Origin: Macrostomum lignano
Taxonomy: Eukaryota
Reading direction: 5' to 3'
Assembly (NCBI GenBank): GCA_002269645.1
Contig: NIVC01002949.1
Coordinates: forward strand, 65,006-129,005
Length of the DNA stretch: 64,000 nt
A program made the translations under genes and the position numbers. This document shows, in pieces, positions 41,330 through 54,629 of this stretch. Positions within the stretch are counted from its first letter, which is position 1. Each line of letters starts with the position of its first letter. The notes under the pieces were generated by a model. The model searched no databases. It saw only the letters and a list, made by a program, of their open reading frames with translations, and was not told the origin of the DNA.

Positions 41330-41830
41330 CGGTTGAGGCCGGGCATTGTCACTGTGGAGAAGCTGCCCCGATCATGCATGAGCCCGAGCTTTCCAGGCCG
41401 TTTCTCAGCTATAGTTTTTGTGGCGAATTGGCCCACCTGAGTAGGTCAGCGTAATAGACGGCGTTTGATCGATCTGTCTGATACGCGGAAGTCAATGTGG
41501 ATCACCCAGGGAACAGTATGGGCCTTGACTGGGTAGCCTGGGTAGTCTCCGGGAGAGCTGACAACCTACTGGGCTAGCTGACAACCTACCGAGCTAGCGG
41601 GATTGTTCATTTTTGGTTCTGGTTGGCGACCATACTGCAACCATCGGGTAAAATCTTTTATTACATGTAAGACAATTACTAAGCATGGGGGCAATGCAGA
41701 CAAGATCTGCCGCGTGGCTAATGCGCTACAGGAAAAAGCATTGCGGGCAAATCTCGGCTGGAAAAGCTGGGCGGACAAATCTCGACGGGCAATTCTCATG
41801 GACCCCTTCCTGGCTTGGTCCCTTCCTGTC
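41330..41830 (-). mobile_element. Degenerate mariner/Tc1 transposase remnant
   Basis: Across frameshifts: VIKDFTRWLQY..PEPK (like IVTGDETW...PExK), VIHIDF, SINAVYYADLLR, TIAEKRPGKL, MHD (like LHHDN). Confidence 0.55.
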
Positions 41831-42570
41831 AGAGAAAGAACGTGCACATGATGGCTTCGTTGGGTATTGTTAGCAGTTTGCATTTCATATAAAAATGAAG
41901 CTTACAGAATAGATAGAACGTAATTAGCCAGATGGATTCAAAAAATGAATCTATACTCGGCAACATTGAAAAGTCGCCACTCTATGCGCCCGTGAGCAAT
42001 TTCTCTTGGACTATTCTGAACTAAAAGATGCCAGAAAACTGATCGGGGTAGCTTTTATCAGTTCAACCCTGGCACACCGCTCTCCGCCCAACTTCATTCT
42101 TCAACCCAAGTAGCTAAGTTGCGTCACTCGCAAAGATTGAGAGACTTTACCTGCACTCTCAATAGTGGCGACCACAGACGAAATCTTTTGTGATGGCGAC
42201 TTTTCGATGTTGCTGAGTGTACTCGTTAATAATTGTGTTCGAAATTTCTATGCAAAGGGCCGGGAAAAAGTACTCGTAATATGGCTAAAGGTCTCGGAAA
42301 CACCCTCCTACATTGTACATGTAGTCTACAGAAGGGATCTTTTGGGCACCGCCAAAAATCGAGCTGCGATCGACAGTCGCATTATCCCAAATGAAATTAC
42401 TGTCTACATATGTTTATATATGCTAGCTTGCTGATAAGAGTAATGAATGATGCAACTGCAGTGCACTTTGTTTGGCCGAGGGCGTCTGCGTACATGGAGC
42501 GTATCGTGCGTGTGCGACGTGCGTGCATGATCGGGTATCATGCAGCGGAATTGGGCATAAAAACTGCTTT

Positions 42571-42752
42571 GCAACCTCGGTGGCGGCGCGCACCCATGGC
42601 CGATGAATTACACGATGCAACCTCGGTGGCGGCGCGCACCCATGGCCGATGAATTACACGATGCAACCTCGGTGGCGGCGCGCACCCATGGCCGATGAAT
42701 TACACGATGCAACCTCGGTGGCGGCGCGCACCCATGGCCGATGAATTACACG
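42571..42752. repeat. 46-bp tandem repeat, 4 copies
   Basis: gcaacctcggtggcggcgcgcacccatggccgatgaattacacgat at 42571, 42617, 42663, 42709. Confidence 0.95.
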
Positions 42753-43309
42753 ACAATATTAAGCCCCAGCAGGACAATTTTCGTGTAAGAGGCAAATATT
42801 AATGTTGCCGCGAACGGAATCGAATCCATCAACTTAATTCGGTACGTGTGAGAGTCGTTCAGTAAATCGTTGTTCAATACAAAGCGTGTGTACGAATTCC
42901 GCCTCCAGGGGCTTAGAGAATATTTTCTAATGGGAGGTTTCGATGCGCAACTAAAACCGCTTATTGTGTACTCTCATATTTTGCATCTATACATGTAGAA
43001 AGTAGCTAAGATTTAGTCGTACATCGCTCTGTTTGTAAATCAATCGTCCGTATAGTTCATCGGATAGTAAAAAAGCTGCAATACGCTCGACGCTCGTACA
43101 CTGATAGGAGCTAATTAATTACATGTACCATGCACAATCATCTTTGATAATTTTTGGGGACCAACTATAGATACGACTACTGGGGAAAGTTAAAGTAGTG
43201 ATTTATAAAAAAGCTAAGAGATTGATTCTCTAGATTTTTTGCTGATGTGATACAAGGACTACTCAAGTAGTAACATATATATAGGACGCAACACTCGAAA
43301 TCTATGGTA

Positions 43310-43560
43310 AATGTTTTGAAGGCAACTTTTCGCCGAAAAATACACTACAGAGATAGGAGGTTTTAATTTTTTCAGCACAAAAATTGTTATTGCTTTTGAT
43401 AGGAGGCAGATCCAGTGTTCATCTTTTGATATGTTGTGCCTTTCTTATTGCTCTATCGATATTCATAAAGCTTTTCGTTCAGAAATAGTTTTAAAGGCAG
43501 GTTTCACCGGAAAAATACACTACGGAGATTGGAAATTTCACGATTTTCAACACTAAAACA
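43310..43560 (+). mobile_element. Partial copy of the 30232-30924 MITE TIR
   Basis: gttttgaaggca...aatacactac...ttttcagcacaaaaattgttattgc...gataggaggcagatcc...gcttttcgttcagaaa matches 30280-30450. Confidence 0.85.
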
Positions 43561-44799
43561 GTGATTGGGTCTCTTAACAGTGTCAGAGAAAGTCCTAATC
43601 ACACTATTTTGTGTCTCACATGCTGCTCTAACAACGCATTGATTGATTTTTCATGTTAAATTGGTCTTGTCATTATTTTAGACGTTTTTTTTCAAGTAAA
43701 TCGATTATTTCGCATAAATCACAACTTTGCAATCACGATTAGTTTACCTTTCTCAGCATTCCGTTTTCCCTGGATATTTTACCGCTGACATCGACGCGCA
43801 TGTAAATTGCGACTCATTAGGAATTAGGGTACATTGAAGACCGAAATCACCTAATACGCCTTGCCATCCGTTATTATGCCGTCTTCACTGTTAACAATAA
43901 AAATATAACTTAAATAATATTTAAAGCATATCGAAATAAAATTCGCTGTACGTGTTTTACAAAGGTAATTTAGTTAAGCATGCCTACAAAGGTTGGTTCA
44001 AACTTTGTTATAATTTTCATCGATAAGATGTAAAGGACTTTTTTCAACTTTCTCGATACATCCTTGCATTAAGTCTACAAGTACGTAGAAGCAGCAATGC
44101 TCCCTTGCCTAAAAAGATATTTGACAGAAAACGAGAAGGAAGCACTCAATTTTTTTCTAATTGCAAAGAACGGTTTGCTGCGCAAATGTCAATGTGACAG
44201 TCAATACAGTGGAGGCAGATAGTAACATAATTTCATTGTAGAATTTGTTCATACGACCTAAAGTTTTTTGCAACGGTATAAAAAAGCATCATAGGATAAC
44301 AATACTAAAAAAATTCAAACAACAAGACATCTCACTGTTTCCCCAGGAATTGGAGTCTGGTAAGTTGCATTTAAAAATGCATGTACATTGTAGCATTTAC
44401 ATGTATAGCATGCAGATTATATGTAACTAACTTTTGAATGGCCGAAACAGAAATGTATTCATTCCTGGGTGAAAAAACAGTTTAAATAAAATGTCAGTTG
44501 TTGAATATTGAGGTGCTACTTATAGAGTTTGTGAGTTTTGAGAAATATTTTCATGGAAATTTTTTCTTAAAATTGCTGCTTAAGTAAGATATGTTCATAG
44601 TATATATTATTGTATGGTTTCCATTTTAAACTATAGAATTTAGCAATTATTATTTTACTGTTTAGTTTTTATAAAAAAATTAAATGAAGAATAATGCACA
44701 CAAAGAATAATATACTGGCATTTTATTAGTTTATTTTAGCGGTATAATTCTATATAATTTTAGACAAATTATCCGGCTTGCATCAGCCCCCATCGGCCC

Positions 44800-46794
<1,995 letters not shown>

Positions 46795-46929
46795 CGACCT
46801 GGTGCATCGGTCATAATTCAAGCTGTATTTCTGCAAGGACTACTAAATAACAAGGACGCTGAACTCCAAAACTTTGTTTTTATAGTGGAGTCGTTTTTTG
46901 TTTCTTAAATGCAATAGCAGGAAAGCGCT

Positions 46930-47330
46930 GTTGTTGGGGACGGGTGTTTGTGGGGTGTGCGTTGTTGGGGGACGGGTGTTTGTGGGGTGTGCGTTGTTGG
47001 GGGACGGGTGTTTGTGGGGTGTGCGTTGTTGGGGGACGGGTGTTTGTGGGGTGTGCGTTGTTGGGGGACGGGTGTTTGTGGGGTGTGCGTTGTTGGGGGA
47101 TGGGTGTTTGTGGGGTATGCGTTGTTGGGGGATGGGTGTTTGTGGGGTATGCGTTGTTGGGGGATGGGTGTTTGTGGGGTGTGAATTTTTGGGGGATAGG
47201 TGTTTGTGGGGTGTGCGTTGATGGGGGATGAGTGTTTGTGGGGTGTGCGTTGATGGGGAATGGGTGTTTGTGGGGTGTGCGTTAAGTTGGGAAACGGGTG
47301 ATTGTGGGGGTTGGTGTTTGTGGGAGTGGG
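46930..47330. repeat. 32-bp GT-rich minisatellite downstream of neurocalcin
   Basis: Unit cgggtgtttgtggggtgtgcgttgttggggga. Confidence 0.93.
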
Positions 47331-48809
47331 TGTTCTTGGGGTGAAGTTTTTGGGGGTGGGTGTCCTTCTGCGTGTCGGTCTGTTTTAAAATTTAAATTTA
47401 AAATGGTCCAAATTCCATGAACTGCGGTAGTCCACGACAGGCATGCTTAAAATAAAATTACAAGAGTTTTGTGAACATTTATGACAGTCCTTCATAAACT
47501 TTTTCACGATTTTAGAACCTCGCACTCATCGATTTTGTAATGATATTTTCATAGTTTCGAAAAGCTTTGCAATTAGAAATTAACATTTAACATTTTAAAG
47601 TTTCAATTCTGTCATAATCATTGATGCCGTCAAATGGAATGCTGTCTCGTTTAATTTACATTTAATACTGAGTTCTGTGTCCCATATTCTTGCTTGTGTT
47701 GTGTATAAAATTATCTGTTCTAACTTTCATCTGTGCATTTTCATTTTTCACTATTGTGCATATGGTAAACGTGCTCCTTGTTTGTAATCAATTGTTTTAC
47801 TGATTTGTGCACTTTCAGAATGTTCTTGTCTATTAGGAACCAATATTATTTCTGATAAATTCTAAATGTGCAAATCAGAGTCCATCTCCAGATTCTGTGA
47901 TTAGAGCTCCATATTTTCTGCGCCCAGGTAACCTCTCCAGATTCTATGATTAGAGCTCCATAATTGTTTATGCGCCAGTTGGCCTCTCCAGATTCTGTGA
48001 TTAGAGCTCCATAATGATTTATGCGCAGTTTACTTCTTCAGAATCATCATGGCTTCTTAGGGCATCGCCACTTCTTCTCTCCAGAATCGATGACTTGAGC
48101 TCCATGATTTCAGAGATTAGACTAGCTCTCCTCTCCAGATATACTGTCATTATCAGTTGTCGGAGCATAAATCCTGAGAATAGTAAATTCATTTTTAAAT
48201 TCAATCTTTAGAAGTACAGGCAACTCTTTAAAGAAGAACTCTTAAAAAATTGATTGTTGTAAATCATTAATTGACTTATATTGTATTTTAAAAATATATT
48301 TCCCTATATTATCATTTATAAATTCTACTAAAATAGCTTCACTTAGTACTAACTCTTAGTTTTGTCAATTTTTACATTAGTTAAAATTTATATGATCGAA
48401 AAGTGCATAGCAGTACGGTATTTCTATTGCAGAGCTTGGCCACAGGTAGGCATTGACAAGCATTTCGCTACCCATTAACACGCACGCGGGATGCGTGCTA
48501 TTGTACATAGAAAAAAACATTAGTTTAACGAGTTTTTAGATGACCCAAATATTAATTATTAGATGATTAATTTTTTATTTATACGGTTTATAATTGTAAA
48601 TTATAAACAACAACTACTTATAGCATGAAAATGAGGGGGAAATGTCTAAAGCCATAGTTTCTCTCGAAGAATTAGTATTTTTGATAGATACGCCCTACTC
48701 AAACACAGTGTTAATAAAATTGTTGTTGCCGTCAATGCAAACACGCATATTCTTGGTCGGACGTACAGGCCTCGATATGAACTGGCCGAGGAACCGGCTC
48801 GTCAATTGA

Positions 48810-49430
48810 TTGTGGGGTGGCATTGCAACTGGTGATCCGTCATCACTTGCGTGCAGACAGTAGAACTGATAGAGCCGCTCGCATTAGCAGAGAAAGACGC
48901 CTCATTGGACGGCATTGTGCTTGTGCTTGGAATTTGCCGGCTTAGTGCACAGTTCACTGCCTTGGAACTCCTGAACAGACTGTGGTCCCGGCACCTGGTT
49001 AAATACCTTTTGACCGTCTTCTCACATTTCTGACCGGTAATAAGCATTATGTCTTGCAGCGAATGGCCAGCGGCGTCTAGATCGCACACTCTAGTGACTC
49101 TGTGGGAGAATCAAAGGAAAGTAATTTTACATGAACTAGTTAAAACTATTATTTATAAATATACTATTTATATACTATTTATATACCATATCGGAAAACG
49201 AAATTTACTTACCTAATACAGTGATTAGTGTAGACCTTGCTTAGACCGGCCCTCGCACTAAGTTTCTTCATAAATTCTTGAAGGAATCGATATCCTCGAG
49301 CGGTCTTCTCGGAGAAACGGTACGGTTTTAAAGATTGGCCTTGGAGAGGCTTCGGAAAAAAACGATAGCGAAGCGCAGGGCCTAAACGGGTATATTTATT
49401 CAAATATACTGGAGGGGGTGTAAGATAAGA
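48810..49430 (-). mobile_element. Crypton-type tyrosine recombinase C-terminal remnant with a spliceosomal intron
   Basis: 49430-49213 gives KY..LGP...FFPKP...FMKKLSARAGLSKVYTNHCI(R); donor ag|GTAAGT at 49212, acceptor cccacag|a at 49100; then (R)VTRVCDLDAAGHSLQDIMLITGQKCEKTVKRY. Confidence 0.72.
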
Positions 49431-49611
49431 CAGGGGGTGGGGTGGAGTCCGCAACCGAGGAAAGAGGCGAGAACTGAGAGCCAATCAGAAGGCAGCGAGG
49501 GAGAGAGATAAATGACATAACAAAATTGAACTAGACAGATTCTACTGAGACTGCGTTGTCTTTCTCGATCATAAACAACTAGCCTATTTGGAAACACTAG
49601 TCAATGCACTT

Positions 49612-49704
49612 TTCTGCAGTCGGGATGCATGATATTGGAATACCACGACTCGCGCCTACCGGCGCTCGCGTGTTATACCGATATCATGCATCCCGACTGC
49701 AGAA
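49612..49704. other. Fold-back hairpin (31-bp outer stem, 2 imperfect pairs, GC-rich inner stem)
   Basis: ttctgcagtcgggatgcatgatattggaata (49612-49642) / tataccgatatcatgcatcccgactgcagaa (49674-49704). Confidence 0.8.
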
Positions 49705-50029
49705 GAATATACCAGTGATGACGCAAAGTGCTCGATCTGTGCTGGCTAGAGCTTCTGAGTCTATACTATTGACTCTGTTTGAGCTGAGCACGGATAAACT
49801 GAGATTTGCTGGCTGCACACATTAGCTAAAGCCCTCCCATCCATGCCTGCTTAAAGCAAACAGTTAGAGCTACAGGCACTGATAAGACTTGGCAGTAAGC
49901 CTTTTAAGCCTTCAGCCTTGGCCCGTTCAGTCAAATTCGCGTACAACATCATGCTCGGTGGAGTTGTCACGCGGCCTCTCATTGGCCTGATTTTAGTCTC
50001 TCTAGAGTCTCTCTTCATGAGAACACCAT

Positions 50030-50390
50030 CCCTGAGAGTCTCTCTTCATGAGAACACCATCCCTGAGAGTCTCTCTTCATGAGAACACCATCCCTGAGAG
50101 TCTCTCTTCATGAGAACACCATCCCTGAGAGTCTCTCTTCATGAGAACACCACCCCTGAGAGTCTCTCTTCATGAGAACACCACCCCTGAGAGTCTCTCC
50201 TCATGAGAACACCACCCCTGAGAGTCTCTCCTCATGAGAACACCACCCCTGAGAGTCTCTCCTCATGAGAACACCACCCCTGAGAGTCTCTCCTCATGAG
50301 AACACCATCCTTGAGAATCTCTCTTCATGAGAACACCATCCCTGAGAGTCTCTCTTCATGATAACACCACCCCTGAGAGTCTCTCTTCAT
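50030..50390. repeat. 31-bp minisatellite
   Basis: Unit ccctgagagtctctcttcatgagaacaccat. Confidence 0.95.
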
Positions 50391-51129
50391 GAGAATTATT
50401 GACGAAAAGTCTCAACCTGAGAATTTCGTACTTTCATCGTCCTGGGAGAATATTTATATTGATAATCTCATCCTGAGAATATGTGCGGCAGCAGTTGTTA
50501 TATTTTAAGATTGCGCCCTCAGCATTAACCAGGTTCAGTCGCATAACTGCTGAGGTTCCAGCGGTTTGAATGGAAAAGATCCGATCAAAGAAAAGGCTGA
50601 CAGATTTCCATACAGAAGCAACCGATTGACAGGCCAGATGTCTGAAAACTGCGCTGGCCTACATACGGGATACGAGATTAGCATAGCTGAGTAAGGTAAG
50701 ACTGTCCTATTAACTGCACAATACTGACTCATTTATCCTGTTTGCCGGGTGCGCCTGCGGACGCATAAATAATCAGTCTTAATCGAGCCTCTACATGCGT
50801 TTGCACTGGAAAGATTTAGGGCCAGTGAGAGAAATATGCCTGTAGTCAGCAGCATGAGCCTGCGGGCCTGAACTCAACCCAGATTCCCATACCGGTTAAT
50901 TTCATAATGAAATGGAGGGAACGATCGCGTATGGAAATTTCATTAGCTTAGGTAGCTGCTGGTCATAATCAGTAGGGTTGGAGTCCTATGAGACTATAAA
51001 ACTGTCGCTGACTCAAACACCGCCATATATCAGTTTTCTAAACGGATTTTGCAAAGATCTGTGCTTTTGTTTAACCTAAAAATTTTTGGTATGATAAGAA
51101 TTGAGATGCGTCTTAGGATATCCTCAACC

Positions 51130-51825
51130 TCAGCCTTGAGGCACCCTCCACCTCAGCCTTGGGGCACCCTCCACCTCAGCCTTGGGGCACCCTCCACCTC
51201 AGCCTTGAGGCACCCTCCACCTCAGCCTTGAGACACCCTCCACCTCAGCCTTGAGGCACCCTCCACCTCAGTCTGGAGACACCCTCCACCTCAGTCTGGA
51301 GACACTCTCCACCTCAGCCTTGAGACACCCTCCACCTCAGTCTGGAGACACCCTCCACCTCAGCCTTGAGACACCCTCCACCTCAGTCTGGAGACACCCT
51401 CCACCTCAGCCTTGAGACACCCTCCACCTCAGTCTGGAGACACCCTCCACCTCAGCCTTGAGACACCCTCCACCTCAGTCTGAAGACACCCTCCACCTCA
51501 GCCTTGGGGCACCCTCCACCTCAGCCTTGAGGCACCCTCCACCTCAGCCTTGCGACACCCTCCACCTCAGCCTTGGGGCACCCTCCACCTCAGCCTTGAG
51601 ACACCCTCCACCTCAGCCTTGAGGCACCCTCCACCTCAGCCTTGAGGCACCCTCCACCTCAGCCTTGAGGCACCCTCCACCTCAGCCTTGGGGCACCCTC
51701 CACCTCAGCCTTGAGGCACCCTCCACCTCAGCCTTGAGACACCCTCCACCTCAGCCTTGAGACACCCTCCACCTCAGACTTGAGACACCCTCCACCTCAG
51801 TATGGAGACACCCTCCACCTCAGCA
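51130..51825. repeat. 23-bp minisatellite, array 1
   Basis: Unit ccctccacctcagccttgagaca. Confidence 0.96.
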
Positions 51826-52389
51826 CATAACTACGACTTTAGTTGCTTGTTTGTCACAGCGTGCCAAAAATGGAAAAGCTTTAATGGCGACAAGGGATAT
51901 TCAGTCAGCCGCTTGCAAAGCTTGCGAGTGCTTTAGCTGTCCATGCCGGGACAAGCTCTCATTCAATACACGTTTATGCAACACCAATAAATGGAGCTGT
52001 CACGTGACTTTTGAAAGTACACAGGTGCTTGAGCTGGCTGATAGAGCAGTTTACTTGGCAGTGCGGAGGTTCTAGATGGATCAGTCTTGTGTCATATGCG
52101 GGTACCAGCACTTTGATGGGGTATTTATCAGTCTCTGGAAATTTCTAGAAAAGCCTGTTTGCCTGTTTACAATTGAAAACAATTTTTGAGTACTAATAGT
52201 AAAAAGAGTATTTTAAGTACTGAAATCAATAAGTAAAATAAATATTATCTAGATATTATAGAAAAAATGAGGCAGGGCAACTTAGTGGTAAACGCGTCTG
52301 ACTTGTGCCACACCAAGGCACACAGAGTGTACATGCCTGACCAATTGGAAAGTCAGGGCCGCGGTACACCCTGTGTGAGCGTGTGTTTA

Positions 52390-52630
52390 TAGCCTAGTGG
52401 TTAGAGCGTCGGACTTACGACTTGATGGTCAGGGGTTCGATTCCCGATCCCACTGGAACAATTTGTGTCCTTGAGCAAGACACTTAACTCTGCATTGCTT
52501 CAGTTCACCCAGCTGTAAAATGGGTGCCAGCATTAGCTGGGGTAATTGAGGGTGTGTGGCGACCCCCCAGTCCTTGGACTGAACAGCCGTACGCAGCCTT
52601 CAGATGCGCCGCGCAATAGCTGCGGCTGAG
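52390..52630 (+). mobile_element. tRNA-derived CORE-SINE with intact A and B boxes
   Basis: A box tagcctagtgg (52390), B box ggttcgattccc (52434), CORE-like tgtgtccttgagcaagacacttaac...gctgtaaaatggg; second copy at 4513-4742. Confidence 0.85.
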
Positions 52631-53624
52631 CTGTCGGTTGCACATGTGTCCATTAGGGCAGGTGTAATCAATTATTATTATTGATTAATAATTAATTAAG
52701 TGAGTGCGTACAGTATTGGCACGCTTGCAGGTGCTCAGGAGTCAGCGGAATGGGCAGAATTGCTCAGCGCTGGTTGCGGAACCACGTCGCCAAGGCGTTG
52801 CGCCAGGGTGCCCGCAGCCCTCCGCAGGAAAAAAGGTGTTTATAAGGCCAAAGATTCAAAACTCGTCTTCAATTCTGTCTGTTTAAAACTTAAGTTCTAT
52901 TGTAAAAAATAAATAAACAGAAGTGGGAGATGGCATTTAAACATGTGAGTTAAGGAGCTCCGTTGATTTTTCATAAAAATCATTTATTATTCAAAGCCAA
53001 CTTTTATTTTAACGTCATCAAGTGGATACAAAAATTTTATATTAAAAACCTTTTATGATCTACGCTACTGAAAGTAGCGCTCTCGCATATTGTTGCGAAA
53101 CAAATGAAACAAGCGAAAACAGCTTAGAGACAGTTTTCACCATAGATTAAATTTTTCGAGGTGAGCACACCCGTGTCTATCCAGCAAGTAGGGGCAGGTT
53201 ACTTCATACATGTACATGGATCTTTGCACTATAAAAATGTGTAGAGCTAAATTGTTATCACAAAATTTGATGGCAAATAATTGGCTGATGAAAGTTTATG
53301 CATGTACCAATAGGCAATCAAGCTAATAGGTTTATAAAAACAGATTACGTTAAGGGGTTAGAACAAAAATATTAATAAATTCCAGTATCAATAGTTGTCT
53401 TGAAATATCACTTCAGACTGTGGTTTCTGCCACTATTCATTAACTTTCTGCGTTGGCTCCAGCAGACTTAGGAGGTGATTTTGATGTCGTCTGAAATAAT
53501 GAAGTAATGCCTCAACTTCAAGATACACATAATAAACGAAATGAGACACCTGCTTCAGAATTTGGACACATTCAGGCTCGATAGACGAACTAATCTTTTA
53601 AGCCTGTGAGGCACCTTTGGATTC

Positions 53625-54535
53625 AGCCTTAAGACACCCTCCACCTCAGCCTTAAGACACCCTCCACCTCAGCCTTGAGACACCCTCCACCTTAGCCTTG
53701 AGACACCCTCCACCTCAGCCTTGAGACACCCTCCACCTCAGCCTTAAGACACCCTCCACCTCAGCCTTGAGACACCCTCCACCTCAGCCTTAAGACACCC
53801 TCCACCTCAGCCTTGAGACACCCTCCACCTTAGCCTTGAGACACCCTCCACCTCAGCCTTGAGACACCCTCCACCTCAGCCTTGAGACACCCTCCACCTC
53901 AGCCTTAAGACACCCTCCACCTCAGCCTTAAGACACCCTCCACCTCAGCCTTAAGACACCCTCCACCTCAGCCTTGAGACACCCTCCACCTTAGCCTTGA
54001 GACACCCTCAACCTCAGTCTGGAGACACCCTCCACCTCAGCCTTGAGACACCCTCCACCTTAGCCTTGAGACACCCTCCACCTCAGCCTTAAGACACCCT
54101 CCACCTCAGCCTTGAGACACCCTCCACCTTAGCCTTGAGACACCCTCCACCTTAGCCTTGAGACACCCTCCACCTCAGTCTGGAGACACCCTCCACCTCA
54201 GCCTTGAGACACCCTCCACCTCAGCCTTGAGACACCCTCCACCTCAGCCTTGAGACACCCTCCACCTCAGTCTGGAGACACCCTCCACCTCAGCCTTGAG
54301 ACACCCTCCACCTCAGCCTTGAGACACCCTCCACCTCAGCCTTGAGACGCCCTCCACCTCAGCCTTGAGACACCCTCCACCTCAGCCTTGAGACACCCTC
54401 CACCTCAACCTTGAGACACCCTCCACCTCAGTCTGGAGACACCCTCCACCTCAGCCTTGAGACACCCTCCACCTCAGCCTTGAGACACCCTCCACCTCAG
54501 CCTTGAGACACCCTCCACCTCAGCCTTGAGACGCC
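53625..54535. repeat. 23-bp minisatellite, array 2 (same family as 51130-51825)
   Basis: Unit ccctccacctcagccttgagaca, about 39 copies. Confidence 0.96.
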
Positions 54536-54629
54536 TCTTCTTTAGCCATCGAGCACCCTCGGCCCTTCGTCTTATCAAGAGACACGACCCATCACCCAGA
54601 TACCAAGCAGAACACCCGCCGCAACCTAC

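Noticed and set aside
52390-52460. tRNA gene
   Set aside because: A and B boxes present but no clear acceptor stem; runs directly into a CORE domain shared with 4513-4742, so it is a SINE head
52760-52825. Minus-strand peptide PWRNALATWFRNQR resembling homeodomain helix 3
   Set aside because: Followed at once by a stop, no upstream helices or splice support
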